Of a stretch of DNA of 59,920 nt, positions 37,785 through 48,268 are shown one piece after another. Source of the DNA: Gemmatimonadaceae bacterium (lineage in GTDB: Bacteria > Gemmatimonadota > Gemmatimonadetes > Gemmatimonadales > Gemmatimonadaceae); contig DATAIS010000003.1 of the NCBI GenBank assembly GCA_036262535.1, positions 1 through 59,920 of the forward strand. The letters are read 5' to 3'. The translations under genes and the position numbers were made by a program. The notes beneath the pieces were generated by a model. That model was not told the origin of the DNA. It searched no databases and saw only the letters and a program-made list of their open reading frames with translations. Position 1 is the first letter of the stretch. Each line of letters begins with the position of its first letter.

Positions 37785-39056
37785 TCAGCGCAGAACGTCC
37801 GTCCCGAGGTAGGGCCGAAGCGCCTCGGGAACGCGGACCGATCCGTCAGGCTGCTGGTGGTGCTCGAGAAGTCCGATGATCGTGCGCGGGAAGGCCACCC
37901 CGGATCCGTTCAGCGTGTGAACGAAGCGCGGCTTCTCCCCCGGAGCCGGCCGGTAGCGGATGTTCGCCCGGCGCGCCTGGAAGTCGAGGAAGTTCGAGCA
38001 CGAGGAGACCTCGAGCCACTTGCCGACGCCCGGCGCCCAGATCTCCAGGTCGTACGTCTTCGCGCTCGCGAAGCCCGTGTCGCCCGCGGCGAGCAGGAGA
38101 ACCCGGTACGGCAGCTCGAGGAGCTGGAGGACCCGCTCCGCCTGACGCGTGAGGAGCTCGTGCTGCTCGGCGCTCTGCTCCGGCGTCGTGAAGCGCACCA
38201 GCTCGACCTTGTCGAACTGGTGTACGCGAATGAGCCCACGCGTATCCTTGCCCGCGGCGCCGGCCTCCCGGCGAAAGCATGGGCTGTAGCCGGTGATCCC
38301 CTTCGGAAGCTGCCCGGCGTCGAGAATCTCGTCGCGGAGGAGGTTGGTGATCGGGACCTCGGCGGTGGGAACGAGAAACATTCCCCCTCCGTCGACGCCG
38401 TACATGTCGTCCTCGAACTTCGGCAGCTGCCCGGTGCCGAACATCGACGCGCGATTCACCACGAACGGCACCCACGCCTCCTCGTAGTCGTGCTCGCGGA
38501 GGTGGAGGTCGATCATGAAGTTCATGAGCGCGCGCACGAGACGCGGCCCGTTCCCGCGGAGGACGACGAAGCCGGACCCGGAGATCCTGGCGCCGCGGGC
38601 GAGGTCGAGGATGCCCAGCTTCTCGCCGAGCTCCCAGTGCGGGACGACGGCCTCCGCGCGCGGCGTTCCCCAGCTGCGGACGACGGTGTTCGCCTCCTCG
38701 CCGCCGAGCGGGACGTCGGGCAGCGTGACGTTAGGCAGCTCGGCGAGCAGCGACTGGATGCTGCCCTCCATGGTGGCGAGCTCGCGATCGAGGCGGCCAA
38801 TCTCCTCGCCGAGGGCGCGGCCGGTCGCGACGAGCTCGGTCGCGTCCTCGCCGGCGCGCTTCCGGCGCGCGACTTCCTGGCTCGACGCGTTGCGCGCCGC
38901 CTTGCGCTCCTCGAGCGCCTGGATCGTCAGCCGACGGTCGCGGTCGAGCTCGACCAGGCGGTCGAGCGTCGGTCCGAGGCTGTCGATCCTGCCGCGGCGC
39001 TCCATCCCGCTGCGGAGCGCCTCCAGTCCCTCGCGGATGGCGCGGAGGTCGTGCAT
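37785..39056 (-). CDS. serS: Serine--tRNA ligase
   Basis: 423 aa. An N-terminal coiled-coil arm and class II motifs (FRREAGAAGKDTRGLIRVHQF, GSGVAFPRT). Confidence 0.93.
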   Translation of the reverse strand: MHDLRAIREGLEALRSGMERRGRIDSLGPTLDRLVELDRDRRLTIQALEERKAARNASSQEVARRKRAGEDATELVATGRALGEEIGRLDRELATMEGSIQSLLAELPNVTLPDVPLGGEEANTVVRSWGTPRAEAVVPHWELGEKLGILDLARGARISGSGFVVLRGNGPRLVRALMNFMIDLHLREHDYEEAWVPFVVNRASMFGTGQLPKFEDDMYGVDGGGMFLVPTAEVPITNLLRDEILDAGQLPKGITGYSPCFRREAGAAGKDTRGLIRVHQFDKVELVRFTTPEQSAEQHELLTRQAERVLQLLELPYRVLLLAAGDTGFASAKTYDLEIWAPGVGKWLEVSSCSNFLDFQARRANIRYRPAPGEKPRFVHTLNGSGVAFPRTIIGLLEHHQQPDGSVRVPEALRPYLGTDVLR

Positions 39057-39057
39057 G

Positions 39058-39645
39058 CTAGCGACGCGGAACCTGGCCCGGCTTCAGCTCGCGAAAACCG
39101 CAGTTCGGATCGACCACGCCGTGCAGGAAGATCTTCCGTTCCGCGGCCTTCACGCTGTCGACGACGAGCTTCGCGTATACGTCGACGGTGGCGATGTTGG
39201 TCGGGTTGCAGAAGTTGTACTTCGTGACGAGGTACACCGGCTCGCCGACGTCGACCGTGTCCGGGGTGTTGTAGCGGTAGGTCCCCGGCCGCTGCTCCGG
39301 GGCGATGTACATCTGCTCGAAGGGAGCATCGCCGGGGGCGATGCCGAGCACGCAACCCGCGCAGCGCGTGACGTACGACGCCGGGTAGATCACGACGCGG
39401 CCCGCCGGCGTCAGGTCGAGCACCGCGTCGTAGCCGCTCTCGCGAACCTCCAGTGCCTGCATCGTGGTGATGAACAGGCCGCTCTCCTCGTTCACGAGGC
39501 TTCCCGTGAAGGGCGTGACCCTGACCTTGCTCTCGATGGTACTGTAGCTCGCCTTCGGAGCGAACGCGTCCTTGCAGGCGAGCGCGGCGAGCGTGACGAA
39601 GGCGCCGACGGCGAAGAAGCCGAGCGTGCGGCGGTTTGCGGGCAT
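39058..39645 (-). CDS. Hypothetical lipoprotein (Cys-containing)
   Basis: ORF 39058..40113 trimmed to MPANRRTLGFFAVGAFVTLAALAC (ATG 39645, lipobox LAAC), 195 aa. No family recognised. Confidence 0.55.
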   Translation of the reverse strand: MPANRRTLGFFAVGAFVTLAALACKDAFAPKASYSTIESKVRVTPFTGSLVNEESGLFITTMQALEVRESGYDAVLDLTPAGRVVIYPASYVTRCAGCVLGIAPGDAPFEQMYIAPEQRPGTYRYNTPDTVDVGEPVYLVTKYNFCNPTNIATVDVYAKLVVDSVKAAERKIFLHGVVDPNCGFRELKPGQVPRR

Positions 39646-39681
39646 GGATGGCGGATTGCGGGCGGCTGCGAAGCGAGGCGT

Positions 39682-39710
39682 AGAATACCGTCGCGCACGA
39701 GAGACTTCAA
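39682..39710 (-). promoter_or_regulatory. Candidate promoter for the lipoprotein-serS transcription unit
   Basis: Minus strand reads TTGAAG (39710-39705), a 17-nt spacer, then TATTCT (39687-39682). Confidence 0.45.
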
Positions 39711-39724
39711 GCGATTGGCGCTGC

Positions 39725-39753
39725 TTGACTTCGCTCGCTCCGATTCCTACCTT
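39725..39753 (+). promoter_or_regulatory. Candidate promoter for the Roadblock/receiver cluster
   Basis: TTGACT (39725-39730), a 17-nt spacer, then TACCTT (39748-39753), 25 nt upstream of ATG 39778. The -10 box is weak. Confidence 0.4.
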
Positions 39754-39777
39754 CGCACGTCCATTTCCGGAGCGAGA

Positions 39778-40131
39778 ATGCCCACCATCCGCGACCTCGT
39801 CGGCGCCATCCGACAGCGTGAAGGCGTCGAGGCCGCGATAGTGCTCGGCCGCGACGGATTGCTGATCGACAGCCAGGCGCTGCCCAACCTCGACGCCGAG
39901 CACATCGCCGCGCACATCCCGTCGATCATCAACGCCGCCGAGGAGCTGGCGACGGCGGCGAAGCGCGGCGAGCTCGTGACGAGCGTTCTCGAATACGGGC
40001 GGGGGTACGCAATCGTCTCGGTCCTCTCGGCCGAGGCGCTGCTCCTGGTGCTGGTGCAGTCCAACGCCGACGTCGGCAAGCTGCTCTTCGAGCTCCGACG
40101 CAACCGGCAGCACATCGCGGCTCTCGTCTGA
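39778..40131 (+). CDS. Roadblock/LC7 (MglB-like) domain protein
   Basis: C-terminal 117 aa of ORF 38515..40131, starting MPTIRDLVGAIRQREGVEAAIVLGRDGLLIDS. This is the typical Roadblock/LC7 pattern. Confidence 0.7.
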   Translation: MPTIRDLVGAIRQREGVEAAIVLGRDGLLIDSQALPNLDAEHIAAHIPSIINAAEELATAAKRGELVTSVLEYGRGYAIVSVLSAEALLLVLVQSNADVGKLLFELRRNRQHIAALV

Positions 40132-40136
40132 CAGCC

Positions 40137-40535
40137 ATGCAACAGTGCCATGTGCTCGTCGCCGACGACGAGCCGCACATCGGGCGCATCATCAAGATGA
40201 AGCTCGAGCAGGGCCCCTTCCGGGTCACGCTCGCCTATGATGGCCAGGAGGCGCTCGACGTCCTCGAGCAGAACGACGACATCGGCCTCGTCCTGCTCGA
40301 CGTGATGATGCCGCGGCTGACGGGGCTCGACGTCCTGTCGCGGATGCGCGCCGACGACCGGTGGAAGGAAGTGCCGGCGATCGTCCTCACCGCCGCGGGT
40401 CAGGAGGTGCAGCAGCGCCGCGCCCTGTCGCTCGGCGCGAGCGAGTTCCTGACCAAGCCGTTCTCGCCGAAGAAGCTGTTCGCGCGCGCCGCCGAGCTGG
40501 CGGGCGTCGCGCCCGACGCCGTCGACGCTGAATGA
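40137..40535 (+). CDS. Single-domain response regulator (CheY-like receiver)
   Basis: 132 aa. Acidic pocket DDE, phospho-acceptor LLDVMMP, T at LTAAG, and K at LTKPF. Confidence 0.88.
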   Translation: MQQCHVLVADDEPHIGRIIKMKLEQGPFRVTLAYDGQEALDVLEQNDDIGLVLLDVMMPRLTGLDVLSRMRADDRWKEVPAIVLTAAGQEVQQRRALSLGASEFLTKPFSPKKLFARAAELAGVAPDAVDAE

Positions 40536-41563
40536 AGCGCTGGGCGGTCGTCCTCGCCGGAGGCGTCGGTACGCGCTTCTGGCCGCTCAGCACACCGGCC
40601 CGCCCGAAGCAGCTCCTGCCGTTGGTCGACGACGCGCCGCTGCTGCGCAACACGCTCGATCGGCTCGCACCGCTCGTCGAGCCGGAGCGCACGCTCGTCC
40701 TCACCAACGCGTCGCTCACCGAACCAATCCGCGACCTCGCCTCCGAGCTCCCTCGCGGTAACGTGATCGCGGAGCCGCGTCCCGCGGGGACGGCGGCGGC
40801 GCTCGCGTACGCCGCGACGGAGATCGAGCGGCGGGACGGTGGTGAGGCGGTGATGATCTGTGTTCACGCCGACTGGGCGGTGGGCGTCCCCGAGGAGTTC
40901 CGGCGGCGACTCGCTCAGGCCGCCGACCTGGCGGCGCGACGTCACGCGCTCGTCACCGTCGGCATCGTACCGACGCGTCCCGATCCGGGGTTCGGCTACA
41001 TCCAGCCGGGCGAGCCGATCGAGGGCGACGCTCGCCGCGTCGCGCGCTTCGTGGAGAAGCCCGACCGCGCGCGGGCGGAGCAGATGGTGAGCCAGGGCTA
41101 CCTGTGGAACTCGGGGATCTTCGTCTGGCGTGCGGGTGACCTGCTCGACGAGATCAGGAAGCACACCCCGGAGGTTGCCGGCGCTCTGGAGCATGCGGGG
41201 GATGCGCAGAAATTCTTCGCCGCCGCGAAGAGCGTCTCGGTGGACGTCGGCGTCCTGGAGCGGAGCGACCGTGTGATCGTGGTGCCCGGAGACTTCGCGT
41301 GGGACGACGTCGGGACGTGGGCGGCGCTGCTTCGCGTGCGGCAGCTCGACGACCGGGAGAACGCGACGCGCGGCGCGGTGCACATGCTCGACGCGTCGCG
41401 GAACGTGATTCACGCCGAGGGTGGGGCCGTCGTCCTCTATGGGGTGTCGGACCTCGTGGTGGTCGTGCGTGAGGGGCTCACCGTGGTGACGACGGTCGAT
41501 CGTGCGGCAGAGCTGAAGACCCTCATCGAGGCGTTGCCGGCGGACATTCGCGACCGCGCATGA
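40532..41563 (+). CDS. Mannose-1-phosphate guanylyltransferase-like sugar nucleotidyltransferase
   Basis: 343 aa. N-terminal VLAGGVGTRFWPLS and FVEKPD motifs of the ManC/CpsB nucleotidyltransferase domain. No C-terminal isomerase domain. Confidence 0.75.
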   Translation: MKRWAVVLAGGVGTRFWPLSTPARPKQLLPLVDDAPLLRNTLDRLAPLVEPERTLVLTNASLTEPIRDLASELPRGNVIAEPRPAGTAAALAYAATEIERRDGGEAVMICVHADWAVGVPEEFRRRLAQAADLAARRHALVTVGIVPTRPDPGFGYIQPGEPIEGDARRVARFVEKPDRARAEQMVSQGYLWNSGIFVWRAGDLLDEIRKHTPEVAGALEHAGDAQKFFAAAKSVSVDVGVLERSDRVIVVPGDFAWDDVGTWAALLRVRQLDDRENATRGAVHMLDASRNVIHAEGGAVVLYGVSDLVVVVREGLTVVTTVDRAAELKTLIEALPADIRDRA

Positions 41564-42756
41564 CGGCGCTCGTCCTCTACGACGATGCGCAGGCACGGAG
41601 CTTCGAGCCGTTCGCGCTGACGCGGCCGATCTCCGAGCTGCGCGCTGGTGCGCTGCTGACGCGCGAGAGGTGGGAGCGCGCGAGCGGCGAGGGTGCCGCT
41701 GGCTTCCTCGCCGCGACGCATCTCTCCGACTTCGACGATCCCGGCGCGCCGCGCGCGCTCGCCGTCATCCCCCGCGGCGCGCTCGTCGCCAACTCGCGCT
41801 TCGCACCGGCGCTCGACACGCGAGCCTCGCCCGGGGCGGCGCGCTACGTCTCGGCCGGGCGCACGGTCGCGGTGCGAGTCGATGCGGAGATCGCGGCGGC
41901 GGAGATGCGCGATGGCACGCGACCACTCGACGAGCTGCCGGTCGCACGCGGCGAGACCGTCGAGCTCCGCGGGTGGTGGCTCGACGACGTCTGGAGCTAC
42001 GTCGGGCTCCTCTCGCAGATGCTCGCGTCCGACACGGTGGTGCTCGGCGCGGAGATGCGCCGGGTCGGCAAGGACGAGACGACGATCGTCGGCGACAAAG
42101 CGGTGTACGTGGAGGACGGCGTGACGATCGAGCCGCACGCGTGCTTCGAGACGACGAGCGGGGCCGTAGTGCTCCGCCGTCGGGCAACCGTGCAGGCGTT
42201 CACGCGCGTCGTGGGCCCCTGCTATGTTGGGGAGGCCTCGCTCGTGACGACGGACCGCGTGTCCGGATGCTCGATCGGACCGCACTGCAAGGTGCACGGC
42301 GAGATGAGCAGCACGGTGGTGCTCGGCTACGCGAACAAGGGTCACACGGGGTTCGTGGGACACTCGTACCTGGGTGAGTGGACCAACCTCGGCGCTGGCA
42401 CCACGACGAGCAACCTCAAGAACACCTACGGGCCGGTGCGCGTCTGGACCCCGCGCGGGATGCGCGACACCGGGCTGCAGTATCTGGGAAGCCTGATCGG
42501 CGACCACGCGCGGACGGGGATCAACCTGTCGCTGACCACGGGCACCGTGGTGGGCGCGGGTGCGAACGTGTTCGGGCGGATGCCGCCGAAGGTCGTCCCG
42601 CCGTTCGCGTGGGGAGAGGCAGGAGAGTTCGCGACGTACGACGTCGAGAAGTTCATCGAGGTGGCGGCCCGGGTGATGGCGCGCCGCGCAGTGGCATTGA
42701 GCGAGCGCGAGCGGCAGCATCTGGCTGCGGCGCACGGGGCACGGTGGATGGCGTGA
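41560..42756 (+). CDS. Putative sugar nucleotidyltransferase with a C-terminal left-handed beta-helix (GlmU-like, NTP_transf_4-type)
   Basis: 398 aa. N-terminal LYDD...FEPFALTRPISELRAGALLTRERWE resembles the 'putative sugar nucleotidyl transferase' family. The C-terminal half shows hexapeptide repeats (GPHCKVHGEMSSTVVLGYANKGHTGFVGHSYLGEWTNLGAGT). Confidence 0.6.
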   Translation: MTALVLYDDAQARSFEPFALTRPISELRAGALLTRERWERASGEGAAGFLAATHLSDFDDPGAPRALAVIPRGALVANSRFAPALDTRASPGAARYVSAGRTVAVRVDAEIAAAEMRDGTRPLDELPVARGETVELRGWWLDDVWSYVGLLSQMLASDTVVLGAEMRRVGKDETTIVGDKAVYVEDGVTIEPHACFETTSGAVVLRRRATVQAFTRVVGPCYVGEASLVTTDRVSGCSIGPHCKVHGEMSSTVVLGYANKGHTGFVGHSYLGEWTNLGAGTTTSNLKNTYGPVRVWTPRGMRDTGLQYLGSLIGDHARTGINLSLTTGTVVGAGANVFGRMPPKVVPPFAWGEAGEFATYDVEKFIEVAARVMARRAVALSERERQHLAAAHGARWMA

Positions 42757-43571
42757 GAGTCTGGTCGTTAGGCAGCGGAAGCAAGGGGAACGCGCTCGTC
42801 GTCGAGTGCGGAGACACGCGCGTGCTCGTCGACGCCGGCTTTCCGGCGCGCACGCTCGCGGGGCGCATGCGCGCGGTCGGGATCGAGCCGGGGTCGATCT
42901 CGGCGTGCCTGCTCACGCACGAGCACACCGATCACACTCGGGGCGCCGCCCGCGCCTGGCGGCGCTGGCGGTGGCCGCTCTACGCCACCGCGGGGACGAT
43001 CAGCGAGAGCGTCGAGCTGGCCGGGACGCCGGTGACGCAGGTCGAGGGAGGGACGACGTTCAGCGTCGGCCGGGCCGACCTGACGCCGGTGGCGATCTCG
43101 CACGACGCCACCGACCCGATCGGCGTGGTGGTGACTGACCGTGCCTCGGGAGCGCGCGCGGCCATCGTGTATGATCTCGGTTGCGTCACCAATCCGGTCC
43201 GCGACGCCGTGCGCGACGTGGACCTGATGGTCATCGAGGCGAACCACGACGAGGGGATGCTGCGGACCGGTCCCTACCCGCTCTATCTGCAGCGCCGGAT
43301 CGCGAGCCGCACCGGGCACCTCAGCAACCGTGACGCCGCCGCGCTCTGCGCCGACGTCGCGCATCGCGGGCTGCAGCACGTCGTGCTCGCCCACCTCAGC
43401 GAGAACAACAACGATCAGCAGGTCGCCCGCGCGACGGTGACCGAGGCGCTGGGGCGCACGCGCTTCCGCGGCACGGTGACGGCGGCGCCGCAGCATGGCC
43501 CTGTCGGCCCCTTCTGTCCCGGGACGGCGGTATCGCGCGCCAGGGTCGAGCAGCTCCAGCTCGCGTTCTGA
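42753..43571 (+). CDS. MBL-fold metallo-hydrolase
   Basis: Frame of ORF 42378..43571, starting at GTG 42753 (GTGA overlap with the upstream stop) or GTG 42744. LLTHEHTDHTRG (HxHxDH) and later HLS motifs. Confidence 0.75.
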   Translation: MRVWSLGSGSKGNALVVECGDTRVLVDAGFPARTLAGRMRAVGIEPGSISACLLTHEHTDHTRGAARAWRRWRWPLYATAGTISESVELAGTPVTQVEGGTTFSVGRADLTPVAISHDATDPIGVVVTDRASGARAAIVYDLGCVTNPVRDAVRDVDLMVIEANHDEGMLRTGPYPLYLQRRIASRTGHLSNRDAAALCADVAHRGLQHVVLAHLSENNNDQQVARATVTEALGRTRFRGTVTAAPQHGPVGPFCPGTAVSRARVEQLQLAF

Positions 43572-43587
43572 ACTGGCGGGCAAACGA

Positions 43588-43618
43588 AAGCGGCGCGGGA
43601 GAATCTCCCGCGCCGCTT
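43588..43618. terminator. Stem-loop terminator between the convergent MBL gene and groEL
   Basis: AAGCGGCGCGGGAG-AAT-CTCCCGCGCCGCTT is a 13-14 bp GC-rich hairpin. On the minus strand it is followed by TCGTTTG. U-tracts are weak on both strands. Confidence 0.6.
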
Positions 43619-43642
43619 CGCCTGTCTCTCCGTCGGTGAGGC

Positions 43643-45412
<1,770 letters not shown>

Positions 45413-45417
45413 GCTCT

Positions 45418-45720
45418 TCAGCCGACGACGGCGAGGACGTCGGACTCGCGGAGGATCAGGACCTGATCGCCGTCGAGGGTGACCTCGGTGCCGCTGTACT
45501 TCCCGTAGAGCACCTTGTCGCCGACCTTGAGCTCCATCGGCACGCGCTTGCCTTCCTCAAAGCGGCCGGGGCCCACGGCGATGATCTCACCCTGCTGCGG
45601 CTTCTCCTTCGCGGTGTCGGGGATGTAAAGCCCGCCGCGCATCTGCTCCGCCTCCTCCAGCGCCTTGACCACGACGCGGTCGGCCAGGGGGGTGAACTTG
45701 GTAGCCGTCTTGTTGGCCAT
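45418..45720 (-). CDS. groS: Co-chaperonin GroES
   Basis: 100 aa. PLADRVVVK...[35 protein letters not shown] lies upstream. Confidence 0.95.
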   Translation of the reverse strand: MANKTATKFTPLADRVVVKALEEAEQMRGGLYIPDTAKEKPQQGEIIAVGPGRFEEGKRVPMELKVGDKVLYGKYSGTEVTLDGDQVLILRESDVLAVVG

Positions 45721-45763
45721 CGTCCCTCCTCTATCGGTTCAGGGGTACGAAAATGAAAGTTGT

Positions 45764-45790
45764 TTAGCACTCGTCTCTCGGGAGTGCTAA
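45764..45790 (-). promoter_or_regulatory. CIRCE operator (HrcA binding site)
   Basis: TTAGCACTC-N9-GAGTGCTAA is a perfect match to the CIRCE consensus inverted repeat. It lies between the groES promoter -10 box and the groES SD. Confidence 0.9.
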
Positions 45791-45798
45791 CAGGCGTA

Positions 45799-45828
45799 AG
45801 TCTACGCTGGTTCCCGGGGGCAGGTCAA
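45799..45828 (-). promoter_or_regulatory. groESL promoter (sigma-70 type)
   Basis: Minus strand reads TTGACC (45828-45823), an 18-nt spacer, then TAGACT (45804-45799). CIRCE starts 8 nt downstream of the -10 box. Confidence 0.65.
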
Positions 45829-45882
45829 GAGGCCCGGCGCCGCCGAGCAACAGCCTGACCCTGGAACTTCCAAATTGTTGTT

Positions 45883-46704
45883 TTATTTGCGCTTACGACC
45901 CGATGGGCGAGCTGTGCTCGAGGGCTTGGTAGCGCCCGCCATGTATCCATAGGCGAGACGGATCCCGTGGAGCGTGAGCAGCGGCTCGACACGCTCGAAG
46001 CTCCTGCACAACGGCTGGAACATGTGCGCGAGACCGCCCGTCGCGACGCACGTTGGACGGCGGCCCCCGGGCCACTCGGCGCGGACGCGCGCGACCATGC
46101 CGTCGATCGCATCGGCGTTGTAGAGCACCACCCCCGCCTGGATGCACTCCTCGGTGCGCGTCCCGATCGCGCGCTTCGGGGCGACGAGCTCCGTCGCCGG
46201 CAGCTTGGCCGTCTTGAGCGTGAGCATGTCGGCGGCGGTCCTGATCCCCGGGGAGATCGCTCCGCCGATGAAGGCGCCGTCCTTCGTCACGCAGTCGAAG
46301 GTCGTCGCCGTCCCGAGATCGACGACGACGACGTCACCGCCGATCAGCTCCTTGGCGGCGAGGGTGTTCGCGATGCGATCTGCCCCGACGGTCATCGGCT
46401 CGTCGACTTCGAGCGCGATCGGTAGCGGGGATCTCGCGTCGATGACGAGCGGCTCGACGCCGAGCCAGCGCTTCGCCGCCGCGGTGATCGGCGCCGTGAC
46501 AGCGGGGACCACGGACGCGAGCGCCGCACCCTCGATCGCGCGGAGCTCGATCCCCGAGCCGACGACCAGCGAGTGCAACAGCGCCCCGAGCTCGTCCTGC
46601 GTCCGCTTTGCGTCGGTGACGAGGCGCCAGTGCGCGCGCTCCCGCTCCCCCTCGAAGAGAGCGACCGTCGTCTCGGTGTTGCCGACATCGAAGGCGAGTA
46701 TCAT
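45883..46704 (-). CDS. coaX: Type III pantothenate kinase
   Basis: ORF 45883..47397 trimmed to MILAFDVGNTETTVALF (ATG 46704, ATGA overlap with the birA stop), 273 aa. DVGNT, GADR and DLGTATTFD motifs. Confidence 0.9.
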   Translation of the reverse strand: MILAFDVGNTETTVALFEGERERAHWRLVTDAKRTQDELGALLHSLVVGSGIELRAIEGAALASVVPAVTAPITAAAKRWLGVEPLVIDARSPLPIALEVDEPMTVGADRIANTLAAKELIGGDVVVVDLGTATTFDCVTKDGAFIGGAISPGIRTAADMLTLKTAKLPATELVAPKRAIGTRTEECIQAGVVLYNADAIDGMVARVRAEWPGGRRPTCVATGGLAHMFQPLCRSFERVEPLLTLHGIRLAYGYMAGATKPSSTARPSGRKRK

Positions 46705-47468
46705 GCGTCCTCCCTGAAGATCAGCGATCCCGAGCGACAGCCGCGGACGACGCCGTCGTCGCCGCGCACGAGCAGCTCTCCGGTGCGCGAGATGCCCTCG
46801 ATGCGCCCAGCGGCCGGCGCGGTCGCGAGCCGCGTGCGCGCGACGTCGCGCGGCTCGATCGCGGCCATCTCGGCGTCGGACAGGTGTCCGCTCGCAGCGG
46901 CCGCGGACGCAACGGCGGGGAGCAGTGCGTCGAGCACCTCGAGCCGGGTGACGTCGTCCGGCAGCGCCGCGGCGGAGATTCCCGGCGCCGGCCTGGCGTT
47001 GATGCCGATGCCGATCGCCACCCATTCCGGCGAGCCCTCGCGCCAGCGGGCCTCGACGAGGATCCCGCCCAGCTTCGCGCCGCCCACGAGCAGGTCGTTC
47101 GGCCATTTGATGCCGATCGCACGCCCGGCGAGCGGCTCGAGCGCGCGCGCGGCGGCGAGCCCGATCCGCAGCGACAGAACCTCGAGCGCGCCGGCGTCCC
47201 GCGGGCGCTCGATCGCGGTGACCCATACCCCCTGACCCGGCGCCGACGTCCAGCGCTTCCCCGCCCTGCCGCGCCCCGCGGTCTGCTCGTCGGCGAGCAC
47301 GACGCTCCCGGCAAGGGCACCGTCGGCCGCCAGCTCGTGCGCGACGTCCATCGTGCTCGTCGTTCGCGCCATCGCGACGACGAGCGGCCGTCGCCACCTC
47401 GCGGCGAGAACGGCCGCGTCGACGCCGTCGTATCGGCCCTCTGACGTGCGCGCGGCGGCGACGCTCAC
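46701..47468 (-). CDS. birA: Biotin--[acetyl-CoA-carboxylase] ligase (no N-terminal HTH repressor domain evident)
   Basis: Frame of ORF 46701..47582, starting at GTG 47468 (GTGA overlap with the uppP stop). GRGRAGKRWTSAPG and KWPND motifs. Confidence 0.8.
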   Translation of the reverse strand: MSVAAARTSEGRYDGVDAAVLAARWRRPLVVAMARTTSTMDVAHELAADGALAGSVVLADEQTAGRGRAGKRWTSAPGQGVWVTAIERPRDAGALEVLSLRIGLAAARALEPLAGRAIGIKWPNDLLVGGAKLGGILVEARWREGSPEWVAIGIGINARPAPGISAAALPDDVTRLEVLDALLPAVASAAAASGHLSDAEMAAIEPRDVARTRLATAPAAGRIEGISRTGELLVRGDDGVVRGCRSGSLIFREDA

Positions 47469-48268
47469 GAGCGCGTCGCGGCGAGCACGAGCACCACGAT
47501 GCCGAGCAGCACGCGATAGACGGCGAAGATCCCGTAGCTGTGGCGGGCCACGTAGCGGAGCAGCACCGCGATCGCCAGCCACGCGCTCGCCGCGGCGGCG
47601 ACGATGCCGACGACGATCGGCGCCAGGTCGTCCGCGGCCGCGATCGCGGCGGGGACTTCCTTGGCGGCGGCGGCGGCGGTGATCGGCATGCTCATGAGGA
47701 AGCTGAACACGGCCGCGGCCTCACGCGAGAAGCCTAACGCGCGGCCGGCGGTGATCGTCGATCCGGAGCGCGACACGCCGGGCACGAGCGCGAATGCCTG
47801 CGCGATGCCGAAGGTCAGCGCCTGCGGCCAGCGCATCTCGTCGAGCGACCGCGCCTGGGGTGCCCATCGGTCCGCGGCCCAGAGAAGGATGCCCATCACG
47901 ATCAGCGATGTGGCGATCACGTATGGGGAGCGAAGCACCGTCTCCGCGTAGTCCGCGACCAGCACGCCGGCGATCGCTCCGGGAATCGTCGCCAGGACGA
48001 GGAACAGAACGCGCCGCTCCTCCGGAGTCTCGACGCGCCGCTTTCGCAGGATGGCGAACGCGCTGCGTGCGAGGCGCACCCAGGCATCGCGGAAGAACCA
48101 GATCACGGCCGCGAGGGTGCCGAGGTGCAGCGCGACGTCGACGGCGAGGCCGGGGTCCGGCCAGCCAAGCAGCCAGGGCGCGAGCGCGAGGTGCGCGGAG
48201 CTGCTCACGGGAAGGAACTCGGTCAGCCCCTGGATGACGCCGAGCACCAGCGCCTGGAAGACGGTCAT
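47465..48268 (-). CDS. uppP: Undecaprenyl-diphosphate phosphatase
   Basis: 267 aa. GLTEFLPVSSSAHL and PGVSRSGSTI motifs, polytopic membrane protein. Confidence 0.92.
   Translation of the reverse strand: MTVFQALVLGVIQGLTEFLPVSSSAHLALAPWLLGWPDPGLAVDVALHLGTLAAVIWFFRDAWVRLARSAFAILRKRRVETPEERRVLFLVLATIPGAIAGVLVADYAETVLRSPYVIATSLIVMGILLWAADRWAPQARSLDEMRWPQALTFGIAQAFALVPGVSRSGSTITAGRALGFSREAAAVFSFLMSMPITAAAAAKEVPAAIAAADDLAPIVVGIVAAAASAWLAIAVLLRYVARHSYGIFAVYRVLLGIVVLVLAATRS

Noticed and set aside
34093-39227. Long plus-strand ORFs 34093..37041 (982 aa) and 36705..39227 (840 aa).
   Set aside because: They are antisense to pcrA, the histidine kinase and serS, all strongly supported. The translations are low-complexity Arg/Asp/Glu-rich. 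These are high-GC artefacts.
39681-39686. TAGAAT on the plus strand as a promoter for the Roadblock cluster.
   Set aside because: The best -35 (TTGCGG) is 19 nt away. The hexamer is the mirror image of the better-spaced minus-strand TTGAAG-N17-TATTCT promoter.
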